Part shown: in pieces, positions 30,056 to 40,942 of the stretch | Position numbering within the stretch: position 1 is the first letter of the stretch | Layout of the letters: each line of letters starts with the position of its first letter | From: Paecilomyces variotii | Lineage: Eukaryota | Assembly (NCBI GenBank): GCA_004022145.1 | Contig: RCNU01000001.1 | DNA length: 64,000 bases | Strand: one strand, 5' to 3' | Notes under the pieces: model-generated | Told to the model about the DNA's origin: nothing | The model's input: the letters and a program-made list of their open reading frames with translations, nothing else | Database searches by the model: none | Translations under genes and position numbers: made by a program

Positions 30056-31750
30056 TTATGGTCCACTCATAAAGATGGCGCCTTTTCTGACCTCTCTCGC
30101 GAGAAACTCAGCCTTAGTATACATATTAGAACCTTGAGTCACTGAATCTAGAACACGACACCCCTCGTTGCGACCGCTAGCCTCTGTTAGTGGAATATGC
30201 AGCAAGATCGTGACGCGCAGGAACTGTTCGCGGATCCACTCGTACTGCCCAGGTCTGAGTAAGCTCGTTATCAGCTGGCCCTGGTCTTCTGACGAGAGGG
30301 TCAATAAGCGGCTCAGCGGGCTCATGGCGTGCCACGGCCCTTGGGCGATGATATGACGCCTGTGCTCGTCTTTTGACATCCTGGGGTCGTGCGTTTGCTT
30401 GTTCACCGGCCCCTCATCGCCGGGCAGTAGGGAATCGCAGCTGGGAAGCAAAATCGTCGGGTCGTCAAAGTCAGCAATGCTGCATAATCTGGTTCGGTTG
30501 CCAAGGTAAAAGGGCATGCTATAGCACACGGAATCCACCAGTTCTTGGAAGATCTGTTTGCATTCAAGGATACCCTCAATTTCTCCTGAATATTGGTCCC
30601 TTGCAAGCTCATCCGGACTGAGACTAAGGGTCTTATTGAACAGGCCGAAGGTAATCTTGGCGAGTAAAAGGCGCTGAAAGCGCCATAGGTTCCATATGTT
30701 TGCAATCGTGCAAGAAGGATAAACCTCGCAGACAGATCGATAGGTGGGGATCGACGGGTCAATGTCTCGTCCACTTATGAGCTTCAGTGGACGCCAATGA
30801 TCTGGTACACTCTGTGCCCAAGCCAGAAGCTGTTCATCAATGCGCTTTGCCTCGGCCCTCCACTCTCTCCGAGCTAGCTGTGACAAAGGCATGGAACGCT
30901 TCTGTATTTCCAGCCGCATATAGCTTGCCTGAAGCTCGGCGACGGACGCCCCTATAGCATCGAGTGCCGAGCTTGGGTTGTCTGGCGCAGCCATCAGATG
31001 TTTGCTCCCAATCCATGAGTATTCAATGCTCTGCAGTGGCCGTTTCTGGCGCATCGCTGATGATATTTCGGTATGAATCATGAATCTTCGAATATATGCT
31101 CCGATCATCCCATTAATATCGTTCGAATTCGCAAATGGGAGCAAAGATACTGCACCGTTGTGGTGTACGCGAGTGGCCGAGTGGACGCCGTATACGGCGG
31201 CGATGTCATCATATAGCTGCAGCATCAACACAGCCAATATTGTTGCTGGCTTACTCCGTTCTGATTGATCCTGTACTGCCCTCCGAAGACACGCGACCGC
31301 TTGGGCATAGGCCTTCTCCGGCCATAGGAAGTTGCGGGTGTCGTGCCGCCACAGGGCAAGTATTCTGGAAGCCATGGCCGATACCGCGAGCGAGAGCACC
31401 GAGTCCTGCTTCTGCGAGCAGTATACTGGAATTAGTATCTCAAAGAACCCGCGCGCGGATCCAAAGTCGCGGCCCATGTTGGCGTAATGCCAAAGGTAGA
31501 ACGGCACGGCGGTGTCGGGCTCGGCCAGCGGACGAGGCACGGCCGCCCGGTCCTGAATCTGGGCAGCTTTGATGCGGAATTTGTGGTTCTCGTCTTTGAA
31601 CTTGAGCTTTCGCCTGGTCGAGTTCGTCTGGTAGCCTTCGCAACGGATCCCGAGGCGCCGACACAGCAGGCATTCGGGTTTCGCTTCATCGCATTTGACG
31701 CGTCGCTGCTTGCACGTAGCGCAGCCTCCGGAGCGTCCGCGATTGACCAT
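30056..31750 (-). CDS. Zn(II)2Cys6 transcription factor, intronless
   Basis: CATCKQRRVKCDEAKPECLLCRRLGIRC binuclear cluster; fungal TF middle region. Confidence 0.92.
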   Translation of the reverse strand: MVNRGRSGGCATCKQRRVKCDEAKPECLLCRRLGIRCEGYQTNSTRRKLKFKDENHKFRIKAAQIQDRAAVPRPLAEPDTAVPFYLWHYANMGRDFGSARGFFEILIPVYCSQKQDSVLSLAVSAMASRILALWRHDTRNFLWPEKAYAQAVACLRRAVQDQSERSKPATILAVLMLQLYDDIAAVYGVHSATRVHHNGAVSLLPFANSNDINGMIGAYIRRFMIHTEISSAMRQKRPLQSIEYSWIGSKHLMAAPDNPSSALDAIGASVAELQASYMRLEIQKRSMPLSQLARREWRAEAKRIDEQLLAWAQSVPDHWRPLKLISGRDIDPSIPTYRSVCEVYPSCTIANIWNLWRFQRLLLAKITFGLFNKTLSLSPDELARDQYSGEIEGILECKQIFQELVDSVCYSMPFYLGNRTRLCSIADFDDPTILLPSCDSLLPGDEGPVNKQTHDPRMSKDEHRRHIIAQGPWHAMSPLSRLLTLSSEDQGQLITSLLRPGQYEWIREQFLRVTILLHIPLTEASGRNEGCRVLDSVTQGSNMYTKAEFLAREVRKGAIFMSGP

Positions 31751-32150
31751 AACGACGGTGACGATGCCAAAAAGAGCGATGTTGTTGCGAGGAGTTGGTT
31801 AATATTAATAAGAAATAAGCTTGCTTTAGGCTCCAGTATAATTATTACCATCTATACTAACTTGCGTGGGACGTTGATCGCCTTTATGATAGCCAATGGT
31901 AAGGCTCCATCGCAAAAAGATACACTCGATTCAGCCTAGCTTGGTAACCTAATTGATACCCCGATTCTGGGAATAGTAAGAAGAAGAATAATAATAGCTA
32001 CCTATCTATACTCTCGCTGCGTAGCTCTAAGAGCAGAGCGGAAGTATAAGTAAGTAGAGATGGAACGACCAGGGTGGAAGACAGAGATCGTCCAAGAAGC
32101 ACAAGCTCAGTCAGAAAATACTCTCGTCACTTACTTAAGTATACCTCGCC

Positions 32151-33455
32151 ATGAAGCTCTCTTCCATCTATACTGGCCCTCTTTTGGCGGCACTGCTGCA
32201 ATGGAGCCCAGCAGCCGGGGCCAACACCACCAGCAATGCCCCTATACTCCTGCTGAGCTCGGATCAGACCTTCCACTTTAATCTGCTGATTGCTCTCGGC
32301 GACGCTATCGCTGGAGGATCGGATATTGCCCCTGTGCTGGGCGCTGCCAAAAACATCCAAGCAGGAAACATGACCTCTTATAGCGAAGTGTTCTACAAGC
32401 TCGCCAACCAGACCAAAGCTCAGGCTGAAAATCCGGACAACGCCTATGACCCTGTCAACGTGAAGGACACTTGGTTCTCTACGGCCAATTACTTCCGTCG
32501 CGCCGACTTCTTCATCCACGAAAACTGGAGCAACCCGCTCATAAACAGCCTCTGGGCAGAGCAGACCGCAGCGTTCAACAAGGGGCTGGCCGCGTTGCCC
32601 ATCCCTGGCAAGCGTGTAAGGATCCCGGCTACCAAGGGTAACTTCACCATCGAAGCGATTTGGTACTCCGCTTCCAAGAACAAAAACGCCAAGTTGCCTA
32701 CCTTGATCATTGGGAATGGCTTGGATGCCGCGCAGGAGGACTCTTACCACAACTATGTCGTGCCTGCCCTGGCTCGAGGATGGAATTGCATCACGTACGA
32801 AGGCCCGGGACAACCTACTGTGCGCCGAGAGCAGAATATCGGCTTCATCCCGGATTGGGAGCGTGTCGTTACCCCTGTTGTGGACTATGTTCTCTCGCAA
32901 AAGTCTGAGGTCGTGGACAAGGACAGACTCGCAATTGTCGGCAACTCCATGGGCAGCTATTTGGCTGCCCGTGCCGCAGCATTCGAGCCCCGATTGTCCG
33001 CGGTCGTCCTCATTGACGGCGCCTGGGACATCTATACGTCCTTCGCGGGAGCACTGCCCTCCGAGATGGTAGCCATCTTCGAGGCGGGCAACTACACACA
33101 ATTCGACCACGAGGTCCTCTCGCTGCGTGCCTCTGGAAAGCTCTCCACTGGCGCCGCCTGGGGCTTGGACGAGGCCTTGTGGACGTTCAACACGCATTCA
33201 CCGTCCGACCTGCTCCTCCGGAGTCAGAAGTTTCAACTGAAGGATGTCGTCGACCAGATCAAGATGCCCGTGTTTATCGGCAACGGCGAGTATGACACCC
33301 TTATGCCCGGGCAGGCGGAGTCTTTGGCAAAGGCCCTGGGCGATAGGGGTACCCTGCATAATTTCACTGGAGTTGCTGGTTATCACTGTCAGACTGGCGC
33401 TGGGCAGGAGATGTCGAGGGCCATTTTTGCGTGGCTGAACAAGACTTTGGGCTAG
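32151..33455 (+). CDS. Secreted alpha/beta-hydrolase (2,6-dihydropseudooxynicotine hydrolase-like), intronless
   Basis: Signal peptide; YEGPGQ, GFIPDWE, GNSMG nucleophile elbow, AAFEPRL and C-terminal HCQ. Confidence 0.88.
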   Translation: MKLSSIYTGPLLAALLQWSPAAGANTTSNAPILLLSSDQTFHFNLLIALGDAIAGGSDIAPVLGAAKNIQAGNMTSYSEVFYKLANQTKAQAENPDNAYDPVNVKDTWFSTANYFRRADFFIHENWSNPLINSLWAEQTAAFNKGLAALPIPGKRVRIPATKGNFTIEAIWYSASKNKNAKLPTLIIGNGLDAAQEDSYHNYVVPALARGWNCITYEGPGQPTVRREQNIGFIPDWERVVTPVVDYVLSQKSEVVDKDRLAIVGNSMGSYLAARAAAFEPRLSAVVLIDGAWDIYTSFAGALPSEMVAIFEAGNYTQFDHEVLSLRASGKLSTGAAWGLDEALWTFNTHSPSDLLLRSQKFQLKDVVDQIKMPVFIGNGEYDTLMPGQAESLAKALGDRGTLHNFTGVAGYHCQTGAGQEMSRAIFAWLNKTLG

Positions 33456-33977
33456 GTTGAACGTGGTAATAGCAAGGCAACCGAGCATGCAAGAGTTGAG
33501 TAGGACTCGGTGGTGAGGATTGTTATTCAATATTAATATTCAATTCATTGTAAAACCACTCGATCACCTGACCCACAAACAAAGGTTCTTGCAGCGTTAG
33601 TTAAGTTACGAGCCGTCTAAATCTAGTCACCTAATGAACCATCTTATTCGATTCCATCCTCCCTCAACCGGCCTATCCTAGGCTGTGCCTGAGCTGGGCT
33701 TAATCAGCTTGTCTAGGGTAACTGACTAGATACCTAGGTATCTAACTTGTTAACTAACTAGTTGTGTTTCTGGTGACCGACACAGGGACCCCACTGATGT
33801 GCGAGAGGGCCCTGGTATGAGCATCGTGGAATTGACCCTTGTCTTCAAGAAGTCTTGTCCTGCCTCGAGTCTTGTCCCGCTATTATCCGTGACCCGTCCC
33901 TGGTCTATCCTGATATGTTCCCCTTCTAAAGCATTGAAGATAGTACCTCAGCCTTCAACTATATCCCGGTCTGCAAG

Positions 33978-35748
33978 ATGTCGGCTGAAGTTCCTATGCA
34001 GTTGCATCACGGACTAGAGCAGGAACAAGAGGTGCAGGTGGTACATATTAACTTGGTTATTACACATCGATGACATTCAATATGCTAACGTCTATATTTC
34101 CTATCAGATCTAGGACCGGACCTCTGAGGGGTTCTCCTTTTTGGTCCAGTCGTCTAGTCGACTTCCGTCATCTCCATATAGAATCAACTTTTGCAGATAA
34201 TCCAGAGCCAACAGATGCAACTGCAACAATCACAGCAGAAACAGTCTTCTAACGAAAGGATAGCCCATCAAGAATCTATCAAAAATGACCTTCGTTCCAG
34301 ACTTCTGCCTGATTTTCCTTGGCACTTCGAACCAAAATGGCCCTTAACACACGCTGAACGCATTACGGAGTTGGATGAACTATCCAGGTATTATGAGAAG
34401 ACGCATCATAAAGATAATATCCGCGCAGCGAAAGAGTACCATGCTCTATTCCCCCCTACGGATCTTGTGCCAGCCCAGACAATCTGGTTTCGGGATGGTA
34501 AGCAAGCCACAAAAGCAGAGATCAATCTAAAAGGTGGTGTGATCTGGAGCGAGCTAAGTAAACTACATTATATCATATAGTATATTTCTTAATTGAGCTT
34601 TTATAGGGTCCTCCGATTGTCGATAATCTTATGAATTATCAGACCTAGGGGCCAGACCTCTAAGGAGTTCTCCTTTCTATTCTAGTCGTGCAGTCGACTT
34701 CCGACAAAGTCTTACAGCACTGGGATCTCCGGCTAGAACTGTGGACTTTTGCAATTAGGGAACGGCTCTTTTTCGAACAAGGGGGAACTGCGGAAAGGGA
34801 TCACCTTAACTTCGTCATACCAGACATTAAAGCGCCAAATATGTAGCGTTTCGCGTTAGCGATTACTAGCAGATTGGGTGGCGATCAGCAAACGGCAGAC
34901 ACACCAACGGGTAGGATTAGGCCGCCGCTGGTCATAATTGAGGACGACGTCGAGGAGCCAATCCTTAACACCCCGAATACCGCGAATAGCGTGTTGGGGG
35001 ATAATAACCCGGCAGACGACTCGTCTACAACGACTCAGAACAACAACATTGTCGACGGCACGACGATACAGGACAATAATATAATTGTTAATGATATCAA
35101 TAACACAATCACAGTGAACGATGCAGCGATTCAGGATAACATCCCAGGAATTACCGACCCAACGAATAACTCGACCGCAACAAATAACTCGGACACAACA
35201 CTTCGGTCATCAGACATAGTAAAACGCGAATCACCGGAGACAACAGTTATTGACCTCACAACAGATGAAGTGGTCGTGAAAACGGAAGCGCCTTTGCTGG
35301 GCACAGGGAGCTACCAACTCCAAATATTATGAGAGACCCCCAAACGGTTCTCACATGTATGAGGTCTGACGATATATCCCATATCCTAATATTATTGTTC
35401 GGCGCATTTAATCAAAAATACACAATGACTGTAAAATACGATAGTGGCTGTTCAGCGATGGCCATTCCTTTATCGGAGCTCACTTCAATAATACCGGACC
35501 CTGAGGACTTACATTGTGTGACAACCACCACTGCCACTGGAAGAATGAATACACTCTTTGCATACGTTCAAGTGAGACTTTTGTCTCGGGACAAGCAAAA
35601 GGAAGTCATACCATGGCATACGGTGCCTTGCCGAGGTTACCAGAATATTCATCGTCGAATTTATCGCGGCAATCTGGAAAACAATTGCTTTGTATGCAAC
35701 CATCCAGTTAAGCAGCGATTATATATTAGCCGGTCTAAGGTTTCCTGA
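33978..35748 (+). pseudogene. Degraded multi-exon gene(s) ending in a retropepsin-like (clan AA) domain
   Basis: ORF pieces 34191-34580, 34874-35332 and 35329-35748; VKYDSGCS motif followed by TTATGR flap-like segment; in-frame stops between the pieces. Confidence 0.5.
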
Positions 35749-35806
35749 TGCACCGAATGCCCCAATAATTCCCGCATGTGACCGTGCTATTTGCACGTCC
35801 TAGCAG

Positions 35807-35980
35807 GTATATATCGGCAACAGCGAGTATGACACCCTTATGCCCGGGCAGTCAGAGGTGTTAGCAAAGGCCCTGGGCAATAGGGCTACTCTGCATAATT
35901 TTTGCTGGGGTTGCTGGTTATCATTGTCAGACTGGCGCTGGGCAGGAGATGTTGAGATCCATTAAGGCTGAACGTGGTAA
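35807..35980 (+). pseudogene. Degenerate duplicate of the hydrolase 3' end (33270-33469)
   Basis: Direct sequence match (tatcggcaac.gcgagtatgacacccttatgcccgggcag...cagactggcgctgggcaggagatg) with a 1-bp insertion and an internal deletion. Confidence 0.93.
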
Positions 35981-36103
35981 GTAATGATGGTGAGGGTTTG
36001 ATAGCTTGATGGCCAGACATGCTACCATATCATCAAGCGCAAAACTTTGATTTTTTCATAACTGTATTTCAGCTACATTACTCCCTTCAAATAAATATAT
36101 AGC

Positions 36104-36222
36104 ACATACGACCATAGGGTGTGGAAAACAGGGCTTCCCGTCCGCTCAGCCGTACTTAAGCCACACGCCGGCAGGTTAGTAGTTGGGTGGGTGACCACCA
36201 GCGAATCCCTGCTGTTGTATGT
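36104..36222 (+). rRNA. 5S rRNA gene (dispersed copy)
   Basis: ACATACGACCATAGGGTGTGGAAAACAGGGCTTCCCGTCCGCTCAGCCGTACTTAAGCC...GCTGTTGTATGT; complementary ends; followed by T-rich Pol III terminator. Confidence 0.98.
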
Positions 36223-37500
36223 TTTTGTCTTTTTTGTTATTTTTTATGCTTCATGCAGCGGTATGAACCAATGTATGCATAATCTGGTATAGAATGTCAT
36301 AGACACTGTTCTTGAGAGCGTGGTAGTAATGTCAGGCAGGGCACCAACCCAGCATTAGAAACAGACTCAAGAACCGTATACAGACGGGAACTTCCAGATT
36401 CTACCACATAGTCCTCTAGCATCGACAAACTTTGTGGGTAACGTCCATAGTCTGCGGAGGATTCGATAAGATGGCTGAGGGATACGTGGAATTGAAGCCT
36501 TTGGTGATAATAGAGGTCGACTTGTCCAGGTGAGATATGGAGAAATCGAAAAGTTCTTATCGAAGACAGTTTCAGATAGACACGGATTTGACGTGTAGTG
36601 AAGAATAAAGATCTATAATTACATCGGGTAATCATATTTGTTGCTACGAATTTTGTGCACGAGCCAGATAAAAATAGGGAGCACGGAGTATTCTGCTTAT
36701 TACCTACGATAATTTGTAAAATTTGAAACGGGCCAAAAAAAAAAAAAAAGCGAGCTCTATAACTAGGTATATGGTGGTCAAGAGGTCGCCAGATCATCAC
36801 CGAGGTGCGACTAAACCGGCGGTATAATGAACAAGGCAAACTTCTGGCTGTCAAGATCCCACCACAAGCGGCACAAGTATGTAATCCTTTTTATTTATCC
36901 TTAGTCCCTGGTTTGCATATGCAACCATCGTTCGGTCTGGCATTCAATCCAATCGTTTTTCATATCCTACTGGAGACATCGATGGAGTTGGTCCCCATCG
37001 TCGCGCCACCGCGTTGCGTGTCTCAACCGCCATCACCCTCCCATTGCTGTACACTTCAAGTCTTATTAGTCTGTTGAGATTTATCTTGTATATCTTATTT
37101 TCCTGCCATTACCGGAGCCCCCTGCGAGCGTATAAGACATTGTAAAGACGAGATTTGTTCGATGCGTGGCATCCGCGCTGAGCCCACGAGAGGGCCTAAA
37201 AGTGAAGTCACTGCGCAAGTTCCAAATTTTGCTCCGTTCTTTGTTTGTCGGATATTAAAGATCCAGGTAGACCAACAAGGAGTTCTCCTTTTTGGTCGAC
37301 TGGCAGAAAGCCATTATCGGATATTAGGAGAGTAGTTGAAGCTCCAACCAGCAAGTTTTAATGGCTCGCTACTGATGAGATTGAAACGCGCGTTTTGAAG
37401 GACATACTTCCATGTCCCCGTTTGCATAGACTCCCAACGATAGCAATCTAGGGATTCCCCTAGAAAGAACTGCGTATGTTGATTTGATTGAGGCGCCTTT

Positions 37501-37907
37501 TCAGGAATGAACGGTAGGCCGGTCCGCCCGTGGTTGACGCTCTTTCATTTTCAAGGCCCTTTCTCCCTTCTCCGTCATTACCTCGAGAATTGCGTCCAGG
37601 TCCTGCGGTTTAACAATCTCCCAAACGCTGTTCTCAACCTGATTCCATTGGTAAAATTTGTTCCCAGACTGAAATAGAACAAAAGGCGAACCGGTATCCG
37701 GAGTTGTAACCATAATTGGTCTAGGATCCTTCAGGCCAAATTCTATGGCCATACACTGGCCATCACTATTTTGAGGAGCCCATTCGTTTTCGTAGTCAAT
37801 TTCTTCAGGGTCAATGGTCCAGCCTTTTGGCGGTTTAATCTTGATTAAGGTCTTAAGTCAGCAGAATACCATTGTAAAGGAATAGAATATATACATACTG
37901 ATGTCAT
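37501..37907 (-). CDS. Small hypothetical protein (about 119 aa, 2 exons)
   Basis: ATG ACA TCA / GTATGT..CTGAC..AG intron (37852-37898) splices in frame to TLIKIKPPKGWTIDPEE...MAIEFGLKDPRP ORF. Confidence 0.7.
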
Positions 37908-38722
37908 TATGGTTTGATTAACAGTAATGTTAAATGGAAACTCCATGTTTGATCAGTTGGAGAGAACGAAAGGCTTGATGACAGACACTTCTTTTTCAAT
38001 GTAATGTTGATGTCATGAAAGTGGAAGATTATCGGCGCACAAAGCGAACGCCAGGTGATCTGTCAATCATCCATTTGCAGCTCCTAAATATAGGATGTAC
38101 TAGATCACTAGGATCTAGATTCTTTGTATGCTAAAGATAAATATGGGATCAGATCCCTCCCCTAGACCTAGAAGCAAGCAAGCAATTCAAGGTGTCTAGG
38201 TCAGACCTTGCTTCCGTGCCATTCAATATTCGATAAAGATAGCCTTAGTTCACGTGATATCTCACCTTCCCACGCCGGCTTCGAACAACGCTGACCCTAG
38301 TAGGAGTAGAATGACTAAGGAAGTGATCATAGAGTTGGGAATGACCATGGTCACGGAGGTTTTCGAAGAGCTTTCAGTGCCTTTGTTCTATGTGTCGAAT
38401 TCGTCCACAATGCGTAGACTGCCTGAGTTCCTCATACCTGCCAGGGCTTCTCGCCGGAGATTGGCTAGGGATGGAGGTTAACATAGTAAATATTGAGACT
38501 CAGTGAAGTAATCTTGGCTGGACCAAGTATCATCGTCGGCATAGCTCGGAATTTCAAACTATGACGAAGGTCGGCAGAAACCAGTTGCCAGAACCGGACG
38601 GTAGGCGAGCACAGGTTAACGTCAAAGTCCATCTTCTCGTAATGAATTATATTATAATTTGAAATTAGTTCTATCTCCATTATTCGTTATGCATACTAGT
38701 CCTTGCATAGGACGGACAAATA

Positions 38723-40200
38723 ATGGTGGATAATGATAATATCACCAAAGATGGCCAAGACGAGACGCCAGAGCCAGTTCCATTCTGGAGCCCCCATTTG
38801 AGAGGTGTTCGTGCCCAAGTTGTGCGGAAATTGGCGCTGATGAGTGGGTTTTCAATTTATCCATACTTATGTGAGCTAGACTGATATCAACCTGTAGTTC
38901 TTTTCCTTTGCGTATTCATTGTTGGCGTCTTATCCTTGTACTGGGCCATTTTGTTCCGGGAAGAGAAGAACCTACCAGCGCTCAAGGTCTGGGTTGTCGA
39001 CTTTGATGGTCAAATTGAACCATATCATTCAAGTGGCTCCAGACCGCTCGTTGGGCCAGTGATTATCAGCGTCGCGACGCAGATCATCCAGAATATTACT
39101 GGTACCCTGGGATTTACGATCAAACCACCGGCAGATTTTGGCAATGACCCATTTGCAGTCAGACAGTCAATTTACGATGAGAGAGCCTATGCAGCTATCA
39201 TAGTCAATGCTAATGCTACAACTCTGCTACGACAAGCTATCGTGCAGGGTAATACCTCATACGATCCCTTTGGAGCTGCCCAAGTCATCACTATATCCGC
39301 GCGAGATCAGACGACATATCCGATATACATCTCAACCCCGCTGTTTGAATTTCAGATCACAGCCCTGACTGCATTCGGTCAGCAGTGGGCCAGTGAATTA
39401 GCCGCCAATTCGTCTTTGGATTTCTCCCGCGTACCGCAGGCTGTGAACCCCGGGATAGGTTTCACGAATATTGATCTCCGGCCGTTTACCCCCCCAGTCG
39501 CTACACCAGCTGTAACAATAGGTCTGATCTATCTTATTGTGATTGCATTCTTCAGCTTTCCCTTCATGATGCCCATACATTCGATATATATCAATCAGAG
39601 ATACCCCCTCCGAATCAGCCACATGATAGTATGGCGGATTCTGTCTACTGTGGTGGCTTATTTCTTTCTATCTCTATGCTACTCCATCGTCTCTCTTGCA
39701 TATCGGATTCCTCTCAGCAACCACCCTGCTCCGGACACAGAATCAGCCTCGAACCCCAATGCATATGGAAAAGGCTCATTTGTCGTGTTTTGGATGTTGA
39801 ATTGGGTTGGAATGGCGGCTCTCGGATTTCCTTCTGAGAACATGGGAATGATACTGGGCTCGCCCTGGAATGCATTGTGGTTGATCTTTTGGATCATCAC
39901 CAACGTTGCTACTGGGTTTTATTCCCTGGATCTGGCCCCCGGGTTCTTTGCATGGGGCTATGTATGGCCGCTTCATAGAAGTAAGTATATATTCCCATCT
40001 ACATCTTTCCCAGTCAACTCCCGGTGATATCAATTAGCAGTTATTCAGTTGTTGAAGGCTCACGGACGATATTGTTCGATACCCACTCTCGGATTGGTCT
40101 CGATTTTGGTGTTCTGTTTGGCTGGGCAGGTGTCTCCGTCGCTTTATTTCCTTTTGCGGCCATGTTTATGCGATGGAAGAAAAAGAAAGGTATGTCATAG
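38723..40200 (+). CDS. SNG1-like (DUF3533) nitrosoguanidine-resistance membrane protein (3 exons)
   Basis: VWVVDFDG, IDLRPF, IGLIYLIVIAFF, GSFVVFWMLNWVGM and WGYVWPLH motifs; multiple TM helices; introns at about 38844-38897 and 39981-40048. Confidence 0.88.
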
Positions 40201-40483
40201 CCTACATTTCCCCTGCGTTTATATACTGTAATCTGGGGGCGGGGGGGGGGGGGTTTCAGGAATATGGACGTGGAATTTATGGCATCCACACCTGTGTCCT
40301 TACTGCATCTTTTTTCTTGCCATGTACTGTACATACTACGATAAGTATACTCTACACGAGAGACCATGTCCAAATAATATAGAAAAATCATGAATCCAGT
40401 CTATAAGAACATTCTCTAACTAAAACCTAAATTTCCCATATAATACACAGACCAAACAAACCTATATTCTAACACCCAAACAT

Positions 40484-40942
40484 TTAATCAACCGGCTCCT
40501 CCGGCTGTTCTCCCATCCCAGCCAACTTGTCTCTAGCTTGCTTCTTTCCGTAATCAGTCACGTTGGGGTTATGCATAGCACTGTATCATCAAAAAAAAAT
40601 TAAATGTTAGCATCATCTCCGCATTTAGTGCAAAAACCAGCTTTTATAAAAAGAATCAAGGAGGACACATACGCCTTCAACCCTCTCTTCACATTCTGCG
40701 GCATTTTCTCCCCTTCGCTACTACTGCCGTCACCTCCATATTCTTGCTCGAGAATCGCTTTGTCTTTGGCCTTGGCTGCGTCGGAGACGTTGGGGTTGTG
40801 AATTGCACTGTTTCATAATCGGAAGGAATGGGTTAGCGTTGATGGGTGGATTATAAGGAAACGAGAGATTGAATAAGAGAGTGAGTTTTGAAGAAGTAAC
40901 ATACGCTTTCAGACCTCGCGCGCGGTTCTGGTCTTTAGGCAT
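40484..40942 (-). CDS. Con-6 family conidiation protein (3 exons, two repeats)
   Basis: Spliced translation NRARGLKA-AISNPNVSDAAK...NVKRGLKA-AMHNPNVTDYGKKQARDKL. Confidence 0.88.

Noticed and set aside
28903..31943. AGCCTAGCTTG occurring at about 28903 and about 31933
   Set aside because: 11-bp match that does not extend; could be chance.
32127..33197. 356-aa minus-strand ORF
   Set aside because: Antisense shadow of the GC-rich hydrolase.
36297..36854. 185-aa minus-strand ORF downstream of 5S
   Set aside because: Runs through a poly-T tract, has non-protein-like composition and no motif.
28800..38650. Starship or Helitron explanation for the island
   Set aside because: No DUF3435 recombinase, Rep/helicase or diagnostic termini seen; the 5S gene is intact, not split.
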